From assembly GCA_965261395.1 (NCBI GenBank), contig OZ253462.1:256001-320000 (forward strand): 64,000 nt of DNA, given 5' to 3'. Within the stretch, counting starts at the first letter, position 1. The number at the start of each line of letters is the position of its first letter. Source of the stretch: Candidatus Latescibacterota bacterium (lineage in GTDB: Bacteria; Latescibacterota; UBA2968; UBA8231). This document shows positions 44,207 through 53,030 of this stretch, one piece after another. Position numbers and translations under genes: made by a program. The notes under the pieces are model-generated. The model saw only the letters and a list, made by a program, of their open reading frames with translations, made no database searches and had not been told where the DNA came from.

Positions 44207-45295
44207 ATGGCCCAACAACGCTTTCAGCGCACCGCGCCCAGCGACCTGCTCCGCGTCGGAGTGATCATCGGCCCCGGCGGCCACACCTTCAATATCTGGG
44301 GCGAAAAGATGAATCCCCCGCCCGGCGCCCTTCGCACGACGGGCATGATGATGACCTGCGCTTGGTGCCTCGATGCGGGGATGAGCCAGCGTTTTACGGA
44401 AAAGTACCCAGAGGTCCGCATGGTCGCCGACCCTCGGGACATGATCGGCCAAATCGACGGGGTCTATATCGACGACATCAACGCGATTTCGCTCTACCCC
44501 CTGTTGGCGCGGCCTTTTCTGGAAGCGGGCATTCCGACTTTTGTCAATCGGCCCTTTGCCACCTCTATGGCCAAGGGAAGGGAGATGGTGGAAACGGCCA
44601 CGCAACACGGCACGGCGCTGTTGACCGCCTCGACGTGGGAATTTTCCGAGAGCGCCGGCGACTTGCGCGCCAAGGCCGCGGACCTGCCCGACATCAAGGG
44701 CTATGTGGCGCACAACTCCATGAGCGACTACTACACTCACGGCCTGCACGGCGTCTGGTACATCCACTCGATTTTGCGCGACGAGATCGCCAAGGGACGG
44801 GGTCGGCTGCGCGCCGCTGCGTACCACACCCCCAATTGGCGGGTCCCCGGCGGGATGATCGCATACGAACACGAGAGTCCGACGCGCCCGTACTACGGGG
44901 CACTGCACATGAGCTCGGGTGCCGACGGCAACGCCTACATGCGGATCTTCGGCGACCACCGAGGCGATGCCGAGGGGCGGATTCCGGGGCGGCCCGGCTA
45001 CTTCATGTACAACGCTTGGAACGCGCTCCAACTCGGCATTCAGGAAATGTTTGAGACCGGCCAGTCGCCGGAGACGGGCGAGCAGCTTTTGGAGAAGCTG
45101 ATGATGTTTCTCCTGCCGTTCTATTCGGCATTGGAGCGCGGCGGCGCGCTAGTGCAGCGAGAGGAATTGGGCGACTGGGAGTTGCCGCCCCCGTCCGCCG
45201 TGCTCATGGAAGACGGCCTGCCGACCGACAGCGCCTTTGCATCTCCCTACACCCAAGCCCAGCTTGAAGAAGCAGCGCAGATGCTGGGTGGGTAA
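44207..45295 (+). CDS. Gfo/Idh/MocA-like oxidoreductase (divergent)
   Basis: LRVGVI, MIGQIDGVYI, PFLEAGIPTFVNRPFA, YYTHGLHGV; RBS GGAGG. Confidence 0.65.
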   Translation: MAQQRFQRTAPSDLLRVGVIIGPGGHTFNIWGEKMNPPPGALRTTGMMMTCAWCLDAGMSQRFTEKYPEVRMVADPRDMIGQIDGVYIDDINAISLYPLLARPFLEAGIPTFVNRPFATSMAKGREMVETATQHGTALLTASTWEFSESAGDLRAKAADLPDIKGYVAHNSMSDYYTHGLHGVWYIHSILRDEIAKGRGRLRAAAYHTPNWRVPGGMIAYEHESPTRPYYGALHMSSGADGNAYMRIFGDHRGDAEGRIPGRPGYFMYNAWNALQLGIQEMFETGQSPETGEQLLEKLMMFLLPFYSALERGGALVQREELGDWELPPPSAVLMEDGLPTDSAFASPYTQAQLEEAAQMLGG

Positions 45296-45315
45296 TTCCA
45301 GCGAAGAATGCATCC

Positions 45316-46863
45316 ATGAACAAGCGCAGACTACCCATCGGCATTCAGACCTTCCGCGAGGTCCGCGAAGATACCTGCTACTACGTCGATAAAACCGCCT
45401 ACATCCGCCGGCTGCTCGACGAGGGTAAGCACTACTTCCTGTCGCGCCCACGGCGCTTTGGCAAGAGCCTATTCTTGGACACGCTCAAGGAAGTGTTCGA
45501 AGGCAACGAACCGCTGTTCGCGGGGCTGGACATTCACGACCGCTGGGATTGGTCGGTGCGTCATCCGGTGCTGCGGCTCGACTTCAGCAGTGGCACCTAC
45601 CAGGGGCCGGACGACTTGCGGAAGGAAGTGGCGGCGCAATTAAACACCTTGGAGGCCGAAGCGGAGATCGTCCCGCGCGACGACGAAGCGCCCGTCCGCT
45701 TCCGCCACTTGATGAAGGTGCTGCACGAGCGCAGCGGTCAGCGCGTTGCGGTGCTGGTCGATGAGTACGACAAGCCGATTCTCGATGCACTGGAAGTACC
45801 GGAGGTCGCCCGCGCCAACCGCGACTTTCTGCGCGGCCTGTATTCGACCGTGAAGTTTGCCGACGCGCACATCCGCTTCACGTTCATCACCGGGGTGAGC
45901 AAGTTTTCCAAGGTCAGCCTGTTTTCCGGCCTCAACAACCTCACCGATATCACCCTCGAACCCGAATACTCGGCCCTCTGCGGCTATACCGACGCCGATC
46001 TAGACGCCGTGTTCGCCCCGGAGTTGCCCGGCTTAGACCGGGACCAGATCCGCGACTGGTACAACGGTTATAGCTGGCTCGGCGACGAGAAGGTGTACAA
46101 CCCTTTTGACATCCTCCTGCTGTTTCGCCGCCGCCGATTCGCCGCCTATTGGTTTGAAACCGGCACTCCGACGTTTCTGATCGAAACGCTGTTCAAGCGC
46201 CGCGTCAGTTCCCTAGCACTCGATGAGATGGTCGGCAGCGACGAACTACTATCGACTTTTGATGTCGATGACATCGCAACCGAGGCACTGCTGTTCCAGA
46301 CCGGCTACCTGACGATAACCGACGAGGAAGACGTTGGCGGCGAGCCCGTCTATCGCTTGGGCTATCCCAACCGGGAGGTACGGCAGAGCCTGAACCGCAG
46401 CCTGCTGCGCTACTTGGTGCGCGATTCAACGCGGCAGATGGCCAACAGCGTGCAACTCTACCGGCTGCTGGAGGCTAACGACTTCGCCGGGCTGGAGACC
46501 CTGTTCCACGCCTTTTTCGCCAGCATTCCCTACGAGTGGTATTCCAACAACGACATCGCTAATTACGAGGGCTACTACGCCAGCGTGTTCTACTCCTATT
46601 TCGCGGGGCTGGGGCTGGACATCACAGTGGAGGACAGCAGCAGCCACGGACGCTTAGACATGGCGGTTCTATTCAATGGCAACATCTATCTATTTGAGTT
46701 CAAGGTGGTCGAGATGGCGTCTGCGGGTGCGGCGATGGCGCAGTTGCAGGAGCGGCGCTACGCGGACAAGTACCGCGCCTTGGGCCAGCCGATTTACCTG
46801 ATTGGCGTGGAGTTCAGCAAGGATGAGCACAACCTAGCGGCGTTTGAGGTGGAACGCGCCTGA
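45316..46863 (+). CDS. AAA-ATPase-like domain plus C-terminal PD-(D/E)XK nuclease protein
   Basis: LPIGIQTF, YYVDKT, SRPRRFGKSL (Walker A), LVDEYDKP (Walker B), YNPFD, GRLDM...IYLFEFK. Confidence 0.9.
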   Translation: MNKRRLPIGIQTFREVREDTCYYVDKTAYIRRLLDEGKHYFLSRPRRFGKSLFLDTLKEVFEGNEPLFAGLDIHDRWDWSVRHPVLRLDFSSGTYQGPDDLRKEVAAQLNTLEAEAEIVPRDDEAPVRFRHLMKVLHERSGQRVAVLVDEYDKPILDALEVPEVARANRDFLRGLYSTVKFADAHIRFTFITGVSKFSKVSLFSGLNNLTDITLEPEYSALCGYTDADLDAVFAPELPGLDRDQIRDWYNGYSWLGDEKVYNPFDILLLFRRRRFAAYWFETGTPTFLIETLFKRRVSSLALDEMVGSDELLSTFDVDDIATEALLFQTGYLTITDEEDVGGEPVYRLGYPNREVRQSLNRSLLRYLVRDSTRQMANSVQLYRLLEANDFAGLETLFHAFFASIPYEWYSNNDIANYEGYYASVFYSYFAGLGLDITVEDSSSHGRLDMAVLFNGNIYLFEFKVVEMASAGAAMAQLQERRYADKYRALGQPIYLIGVEFSKDEHNLAAFEVERA

Positions 46864-46870
46864 TATAGAT

Positions 46871-47818
46871 ATGCTGAACGAACTGCGCAAAATCCGCTAC
46901 GCCCGCTTCCGCCTAGAGATGACCGCAGCTAGCCAATTGCGGTTGCCTCCCTACAAGGGATCCACCTTTAGAGGGGCCTTTGGCCATACCTTCAAACAGC
47001 TAGTCTGTGTCAAGCGGGATCTGGACTGTTCCACCTGTCTGATCAGCGACCGGTGCGTGTATTACTATGTCTTCGAGACCCCGTCCAATAGTGAGGGAGA
47101 GAAGGACAGTCGCGGATATACCTTTGCGCCGCATCCTTTTGTGATTGAACCGCCCGAGGAAACGCGGGAAATCTACGAGCCGGGAGCCGAATTGCGGGTC
47201 GGACTGGTTTTGGTGGGGCGTGCCTTGGACTACCTGCCCTACTTCATCTACGCCTTTGAGGAAATGGGGCAGCGAGGGTTAGGGGCCGGGCGCGGCAAAG
47301 CTGCTTTGCAGCGAGTTATTGCCCTCGGTCCTGAGCCTAGCGACGATAGGTGCATCTATCAGACCGGTACTGGGCAACTGGAGCAGGACTATCCGGTCGG
47401 CGTTGGTGCGCCTGACACCGAGGCCGTTGGAACGCGGCTCCGGCTGCGGCTGCACACGCCGCTGCGGCTCAAGAACGAGGGGCGCTATACTCGCCAGCTT
47501 GACTTTTCTCTATTGGTGCGATCCTTGTTGCGGCGCGCTTCGGATCTGGCCCGCTTTCACTGCGGGGCTGAGCTGGACCTAGACTATCGGCAGTGGATTG
47601 AGCGGGCAGCCGGGGTATCGGCGGCGACGACACTGCGCTGGCACGACTGGGAGCGGTATTCGCAACGGCAGGATCGGAGAATGAAGTTAGGTGGCTTGGT
47701 CGGCGAAGTGGAATTCGCTGGTGAGTGGCAACCCTTCATGCCACTGTTGCGGCTGGGCGCGGATCTACACGTGGGCAAGGGGACGGGGTTTGGACTAGGA
47801 CGCTACGAGATTTTGTAA
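46871..47818 (+). CDS. cas6: CRISPR pre-crRNA processing endoribonuclease Cas6
   Basis: GSTFRGAFG, Cys cluster, PHPFVIEP, TPLRL, C-terminal Gly loop HVGKGTGFGLGRY. Confidence 0.92.
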   Translation: MLNELRKIRYARFRLEMTAASQLRLPPYKGSTFRGAFGHTFKQLVCVKRDLDCSTCLISDRCVYYYVFETPSNSEGEKDSRGYTFAPHPFVIEPPEETREIYEPGAELRVGLVLVGRALDYLPYFIYAFEEMGQRGLGAGRGKAALQRVIALGPEPSDDRCIYQTGTGQLEQDYPVGVGAPDTEAVGTRLRLRLHTPLRLKNEGRYTRQLDFSLLVRSLLRRASDLARFHCGAELDLDYRQWIERAAGVSAATTLRWHDWERYSQRQDRRMKLGGLVGEVEFAGEWQPFMPLLRLGADLHVGKGTGFGLGRYEIL

Positions 47819-47835
47819 AGGAGCAGGATGAAGAC

Positions 47836-49524
47836 ATGAAACACAAACTAATCGCTGTGATCGGCAACACACCGCAAGTTATGACAGAGACTTTCTGGGC
47901 ATTGCGTTTCCAACTCCATGTGCCCATTGATGAAGTATTTGTGATGACGACAACTATGGGTAAAGCAACCTGCCAGCAACGCCTTTTGGACGAAGGCCGA
48001 TTTGCAAAGATGTTGTCGGACTACGATATCGACCCCGATACGGCCAAGTTCGACGCCGATCATATCCGTGTATTTAAAGATGCCGAGGGCAATTTTTTAG
48101 ACGATATCCGCACCTCTGATGATAATCGCCTAGCCAGGAATCAACTTTTCCGCTGGATTGAGGATTGGACCCAGAAGGATCATGTCGCTTTACACTGCTC
48201 GCTTGCAGGCGGACGTAAGTCAATGGGATACTTGCTCGGTGCTGCTATTCAATTTTTTGGCCGCCCACAAGATCGCCTGTATCATGCGCTGGTTACACCG
48301 CCAGAGATTGAAATGAATCGCGATTTTTTCTTTCCACCTGTTCGTGAAACGCAAATCCCCACGTCAGACGGGCAACACATTTCTACTGCTGATGTGCGTA
48401 TTGAGTTGGCAGAGTTACCCTATGTATCGGTAAGAGATATATCCGTATTTGGCGATGAAAGCTACGACCGAATTCTACAGAGAACACAAGAAGAGGTGAG
48501 GCGTATTCCACGTCTAAGAGCAGAAAACAAGCGATTGAGAGAAACATCGAGTAATGCCGGTGGATTGATCGGAAACAGTGCTGCTATGCGGAAAACCAAA
48601 GAACAGATTCGGCAAGCTGCTGATGCAGATGATGCAACCGTATTGCTCTTGGGTGAAACGGGAACGGGAAAAGAACGCGCAGGTGAAGAACTGCATGAGC
48701 AGAGCACGAGAAAAGATCGACCATTCATACCGATTAACTGTAGTGCATTCCCGGATACACTTTTAGAGGCAGAGCTATTCGGTGCGACACGAGGTACTTA
48801 TACCGGACAAGCCGGGCCGCGTAAGGGTGCGTTTCGCATGGCCGAAGGCGGTATCCTTTTTCTCGATGAAATAGGAGAATTATCACGTGATGGGCAGGCG
48901 AGGCTGTTGCGCGTATTACAAGAAAAGAAAATGCGCGCGGTTGGCAGCGATGAACCGGAGAAAGACATTGATGTACGCATTGTTGCGGCGACCAATCGCG
49001 ACTTAGAATCCATGGTTCGAGAAGGGGCTTTCCGAGAGGACCTGTTGTATCGCCTCAATGCTTTGACCATTTACATGCCACCGTTGCGAGAACTACGCGA
49101 AGATATACCGGAGCTAATCGACCTGTTTTGTGAACAGTTTAATGAAAAATACAAACGCAATGTTGTGGGCTTTGATGCCTCAGCTATAGACGCTATGTGC
49201 CGCTATACCTGGCCGGGTAACGTGCGCGAGCTTGAAAATGAAGTTCAGCGTATCGTCATTGCCGCGCCTCCGGGTGCATTTCGAGTACACAAGGAAAACT
49301 TAGCCAAGCATATTATTGAATCGACAGATTTAGACACGGGTAGTGGTACGCTCAAAGAACAAGTGGCACAGTTTGAGAAGCAAAAAATTGAGGAAGCGTT
49401 GGCGCAAACTCAGGGCGAAAGAGGATCTGCCGCAGAGATACTGGGTATCGACCCTACAACGCTGGGTAGAAAAGCTGAAAAGTATGGCTTATCTCTAAAA
49501 AAGAGTCATAAGGATCGTGAGTGA
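47836..49524 (+). CDS. CARF (NE0113/Csx14-like) domain fused to sigma54 enhancer-binding AAA+ and Fis-type HTH
   Basis: N-term LIAVIGNTPQVMTETFWAL, MTTT, LDDIRT, LHCSLAGGRKSM, RPQDRLYHALV, FFFP; C-term GETGTGKE, EAELFG, GTYTGQ, LFLDEIGEL, AATNRDL, FREDLLYRL, WPGNVREL, AAEILGIDPTTLGRK. Confidence 0.88.
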   Translation: MKHKLIAVIGNTPQVMTETFWALRFQLHVPIDEVFVMTTTMGKATCQQRLLDEGRFAKMLSDYDIDPDTAKFDADHIRVFKDAEGNFLDDIRTSDDNRLARNQLFRWIEDWTQKDHVALHCSLAGGRKSMGYLLGAAIQFFGRPQDRLYHALVTPPEIEMNRDFFFPPVRETQIPTSDGQHISTADVRIELAELPYVSVRDISVFGDESYDRILQRTQEEVRRIPRLRAENKRLRETSSNAGGLIGNSAAMRKTKEQIRQAADADDATVLLLGETGTGKERAGEELHEQSTRKDRPFIPINCSAFPDTLLEAELFGATRGTYTGQAGPRKGAFRMAEGGILFLDEIGELSRDGQARLLRVLQEKKMRAVGSDEPEKDIDVRIVAATNRDLESMVREGAFREDLLYRLNALTIYMPPLRELREDIPELIDLFCEQFNEKYKRNVVGFDASAIDAMCRYTWPGNVRELENEVQRIVIAAPPGAFRVHKENLAKHIIESTDLDTGSGTLKEQVAQFEKQKIEEALAQTQGERGSAAEILGIDPTTLGRKAEKYGLSLKKSHKDRE

Positions 49525-49528
49525 ATGG

Positions 49529-49561
49529 CTGCAACCTTGCAGGGATTTCTGCAGAATTGCA
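49529..49561. promoter_or_regulatory. Tandem TGCA-N4-TGCA palindromes, candidate upstream activator sequences
   Basis: CTGCAACCTTGCAG (49529-49542) and TGCAGAATTGCA (49550-49561), centres 20 bp apart, about 130-150 bp upstream of the predicted sigma54 start site. Confidence 0.6.
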
Positions 49562-49660
49562 TGACTGAACATGTTGTCGTCCATTTCCTGTTTCAGGAAA
49601 ACATCGCACAACCTATTGTTTTTCTTGATCTTTGAGAAAATTCGAAGGTTTTTTTGTGTT

Positions 49661-49676
49661 TGGCACGGGGATTGCG
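49661..49676 (+). promoter_or_regulatory. Sigma54 (RpoN) -24/-12 promoter
   Basis: TGGCACG-GGGA-TTGCG matches the consensus TGGCACG-N4-TTGC; GG (49662-63) and GC (49674-75) are separated by exactly 10 nt; predicted +1 near 49687. Confidence 0.82.
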
Positions 49677-49740
49677 ACTGTATAAGCAAAAGGTGAACAG
49701 TTTCAGTAAATCCGCAGCAAACATTAAATGGAGGAACAAC

Positions 49741-50091
49741 ATGAACACTCTAATCAATCAGGGGGATGAGCAATATTATTCTCAGGCCGGTTTCTGGAAT
49801 AAGTTGCGCAACTTCGCACGTACCGCGGGTCGGGAAGTCGTCGAGCATGCCCTGTCGCTCTACTACACCGCACAGGATCCTAACACACCGGCCTGGGCCA
49901 AGACGGTTATCTACGGAGTGTTGGGGTACTTCATCCTGCCGGTCGATCTAATTCCCGACCTGATCCCAGTCGTCGGCTTCAGCGACGATTTGGCTGCGTT
50001 TGTCGCCGCACTCGCTACCGTGGGGATCCATGTGACGCCTGAGATTAAAAACCGCGCCAAGAAGAAAGCAGCCGAGTGGTTTGGTAAGTGA
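49741..50091 (+). CDS. YkvA / DUF1232 family small membrane protein
   Basis: FWNKL, TPAWAK, LGYFILPVDLIPDLIPVVGFSDD; RBS GGAGG. Confidence 0.9.
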   Translation: MNTLINQGDEQYYSQAGFWNKLRNFARTAGREVVEHALSLYYTAQDPNTPAWAKTVIYGVLGYFILPVDLIPDLIPVVGFSDDLAAFVAALATVGIHVTPEIKNRAKKKAAEWFGK

Positions 50092-50206
50092 GCAATGCAA
50101 GCAGAAGAGTTTTTAAGCATATTTATGAGTTTGGGTTGGCTCTGTACGTGGGCTAAGAGACGGGTTTGGGCTGGGATGCTACGGGATTTTATACAGGAGA
50201 AGGTTG

Positions 50207-52540
50207 ATGGTATCAAGAGACGCCCTAGTTGTCGGGGCCTTGCTGCACGATATAGGCAAATTTGAATTCAGGACATCGGACCGACGTACGCGCCACACCA
50301 CCTACGGGGATTTTTTTGTAGGCAAGTATCTGAGTCGTTTCCGCTGCTTGGAACCGATTCGGGAGGAGGTTCGCCGGTTGGTCGCCCATCACCACGATAG
50401 TGAGTTGGGTGATCCCTTTCTGCGGGAGGCCGACCATCTAGCGGCGGCGGATCGGCAGGTGGACGGCAGTCCCGAGACCCTGCGGTCGCTGGTGAGTATC
50501 CTGACCGCCGTGAACATTGGGAAGGGATCCTCACCACAGGATGTGCATCGGTATGCGCCGGGGCCGGTGGATTTTGCCAACCCCTTTCCCGAACACGTAT
50601 CAGGGGTCACGCCCGTCGAGTGGAAGCCCGACCGGGACCAAGCGCGAGACGAGCACGCCCGCGCTTGGGAGCAATTTTGCGCCGAGATCGGCACAATGCC
50701 CGATGGCGAGTTGGCGAGTTGGATTGAGACGTTCTTGGCGGTGGCTCGCAAGCATCTGAGTCGCGTGGCCTCGGCTGCCTACAAATCGCATCCAGATATT
50801 TCGCTCTACGATCACGCCCGCTCGGTGGCCGCCATTGCGGTGTGCCTACACGAGGCACATCAGCAAGCGGAGCCTTTCCTATTGATTCAGGGGGATATAT
50901 CGGGCGTTCAGTCCTTTCTCTATAAACTGGCTAGCCCAGCCGAAGAGGGAGGGACGAAAAATACCGCCAAGCGTTTACGGGGACGGTCGCTATTTCTAGT
51001 GCTACTAGCCGAGACCGTAGCACGTTATTACTTGCGTAAATTGAATTTGCCTCCGACCAACCTGCTGTACTGTGGCGGGGGGCACTTTTCGATCCTTGCG
51101 CCCCATACTGACGAGCTGAAAACCAAGCTGGCCGAGGCCGAAGAGCAGGTCAACCGCTGGTTGATCGACCAGCACCGGGGCGATCTGGCACTAGTGAGCG
51201 CAGCCACCTCGGCCGATAAGGAGTTGCTGGCCAATTTCCCTCGTTTGATGCAGCAATCGGGCTACGAGCTGGGCCGGGCCAAGCGGCAGAAATTCCGCTC
51301 CGTACTGGATGAGCGACTGTTCGCGTTGCCGGACTATGACCAGACCATGGACGTCTGCCCGGTATGCCAAGCTGATTTCGTCAAAGGCTCCGGGAAGACC
51401 TGTATGACCTGTAAACAACATGTGGAGACCGGGAGCCAAATCGTCCGGGCAGAGTTCTTGGTGCGGTTTGAAGGGGAAAATTTGGACGGGGAATTCGCCC
51501 AATTAGGTTTTGCTTGGGAATTGGCTGCCGACTGGAAAGAGGTTGTCCAGCTAGTAGGGGAAACCCCAGCCGAGCGCGTACATGTGGAACGGCTCAACCG
51601 CAGTGATTTCCTGACTCAGGCCGGCGCGGCCTTGGGTACGCGACATAGCCTCAGCTTCGGGTTCCGGCCACTCGGCCAGTACGCCCCCATTGACGAGCAA
51701 GAGAAGGGGCCGCTGGACTTTGAACACTTGGCCCAAATCAATAGTGAAAAATACCCGCTATTGGGAGTGGTACGCCTCGATGTCGATGCGCTGGGCGCAG
51801 TATTCGCTTCGGGGTTGGGGGAACAGCGATCTCTATCGCGCACAGCCACTTTGAGCCGCGAATTGGAGACCTTCTTCTCTGGCTATGTCAACACCTTGGC
51901 CAAAGATCATTATATGTACATCACCTACGCCGGAGGCGACGACCTGTTCGCCGTAGGCTCTTGGATCAACGCCCTTGAATTCAGTCGCGCCTTGCGGCGG
52001 GACTTTGGTCAGTTCAGCGGTGGCAATCCCAATCTGACCTTTTCCGGCGGTCTGTTTTTTTGCAAGCCGGATTTCCCCATCGGACGGGCTGCCGAAGCCG
52101 CTGGCAAACTGGAGAAGCGGGCCAAGGATTTCCCAGACAAGAATGCCGCCTGCCTGTTTGACGAAGAGGTCTCTTGGGAACGGCTCGACAAGTTGCTCGC
52201 CTTTGGCGACGAACTACTGTACTTGGTGACCGAAGCGGACCCAAACAACCGCTTGCCCCGCTCGTTTGTGCATCGTCTGTTGAGCTTGGGAGCCGAGCGC
52301 CGGTTGGCCCAAGAAGAAGGAAAATTAAAAGCCGAAATAAAAACTCAAATACAGCTCAAATATCTCGTAGCCCGACGCGGGGCCACCAGCAAGGCGATCA
52401 GCGACAATCAGGAGATGGAGGCAGACCGACGCAGAATAGGTGCCTTGGGACGACTGGTCAACGAGCCGGAATTGATGCGCCAGATCGCCGTACCTGCATC
52501 ATACGTACTGTACAAGACGCGAAACCTCAACACAGAGTAG
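50207..52540 (+). CDS. cas10: Type III-A Cas10/Csm1 with HD nuclease and intact GGDD cyclase motif
   Basis: GALLHDIGKF (HD), PDISLYDHAR, GDISGVQSFLY, LRGRS, CPVC..CMTC, RLDVDALG, YAGGDDLF. Confidence 0.96.
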   Translation: MVSRDALVVGALLHDIGKFEFRTSDRRTRHTTYGDFFVGKYLSRFRCLEPIREEVRRLVAHHHDSELGDPFLREADHLAAADRQVDGSPETLRSLVSILTAVNIGKGSSPQDVHRYAPGPVDFANPFPEHVSGVTPVEWKPDRDQARDEHARAWEQFCAEIGTMPDGELASWIETFLAVARKHLSRVASAAYKSHPDISLYDHARSVAAIAVCLHEAHQQAEPFLLIQGDISGVQSFLYKLASPAEEGGTKNTAKRLRGRSLFLVLLAETVARYYLRKLNLPPTNLLYCGGGHFSILAPHTDELKTKLAEAEEQVNRWLIDQHRGDLALVSAATSADKELLANFPRLMQQSGYELGRAKRQKFRSVLDERLFALPDYDQTMDVCPVCQADFVKGSGKTCMTCKQHVETGSQIVRAEFLVRFEGENLDGEFAQLGFAWELAADWKEVVQLVGETPAERVHVERLNRSDFLTQAGAALGTRHSLSFGFRPLGQYAPIDEQEKGPLDFEHLAQINSEKYPLLGVVRLDVDALGAVFASGLGEQRSLSRTATLSRELETFFSGYVNTLAKDHYMYITYAGGDDLFAVGSWINALEFSRALRRDFGQFSGGNPNLTFSGGLFFCKPDFPIGRAAEAAGKLEKRAKDFPDKNAACLFDEEVSWERLDKLLAFGDELLYLVTEADPNNRLPRSFVHRLLSLGAERRLAQEEGKLKAEIKTQIQLKYLVARRGATSKAISDNQEMEADRRRIGALGRLVNEPELMRQIAVPASYVLYKTRNLNTE

Positions 52541-52549
52541 GAGACCATC

Positions 52550-53008
52550 ATGGCTAACGAACACAGAGGAAGTGGGGGTGGAGGAGCCGACCGTCGGAGG
52601 GACCAGACCACCAGGGCTAACAAACAGCCCATTAATTTGGGCACCATTACTCCCCAGGAACTGAACCGCCGGGGTGAAGAGTTGGGCAAGGAACTGGCAA
52701 GGAACATTAAGGCCAACCAGATCCGCAATATCTACGGTGCGGTCCAGCACATTCGCGTCCGCGCGAGTCGGCCCCAACCCGATACCGAAGATATCAATCG
52801 CCGCCTGATCTTCCTCAAGCCAAAACTGGCCTATGCCAGTGGTCGGCAAAATAATTTGAGGGGCTTACGGGATGTATTGGTGGAGGCGATTGATAGCGTA
52901 GTACGAAGCGAAGACCCCCAAAAAGCGCAAAAAGCGCGGGATAACTTTTTCATCCTGATGGAATCTATCGTGGCCTACCACAAATTCTACGGCGGCAAAG
53001 ATTCGTAA
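52550..53008 (+). CDS. csm2: Type III-A small subunit Csm2
   Basis: NQIRNIY, LKPKLAYASGR, MESIVAYHKFYGG. Confidence 0.93.
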   Translation: MANEHRGSGGGGADRRRDQTTRANKQPINLGTITPQELNRRGEELGKELARNIKANQIRNIYGAVQHIRVRASRPQPDTEDINRRLIFLKPKLAYASGRQNNLRGLRDVLVEAIDSVVRSEDPQKAQKARDNFFILMESIVAYHKFYGGKDS

Positions 53009-53030
53009 ACCATAGGAGAACAGTACCATT

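Noticed and set aside
47725-47835. ORF-track upstream starts for the activator, csm5 (54580) and ykvA (49654)
   Set aside because: They overlap upstream genes or the promoter; downstream ATGs match where homology begins (47836, 54820, 49741).
47836-49524. Calling the CARF-bEBP an ordinary RtcR
   Set aside because: No rtcA/rtcB is nearby, the N-terminal motifs are NE0113-like, and the gene lies between cas6 and cas10.
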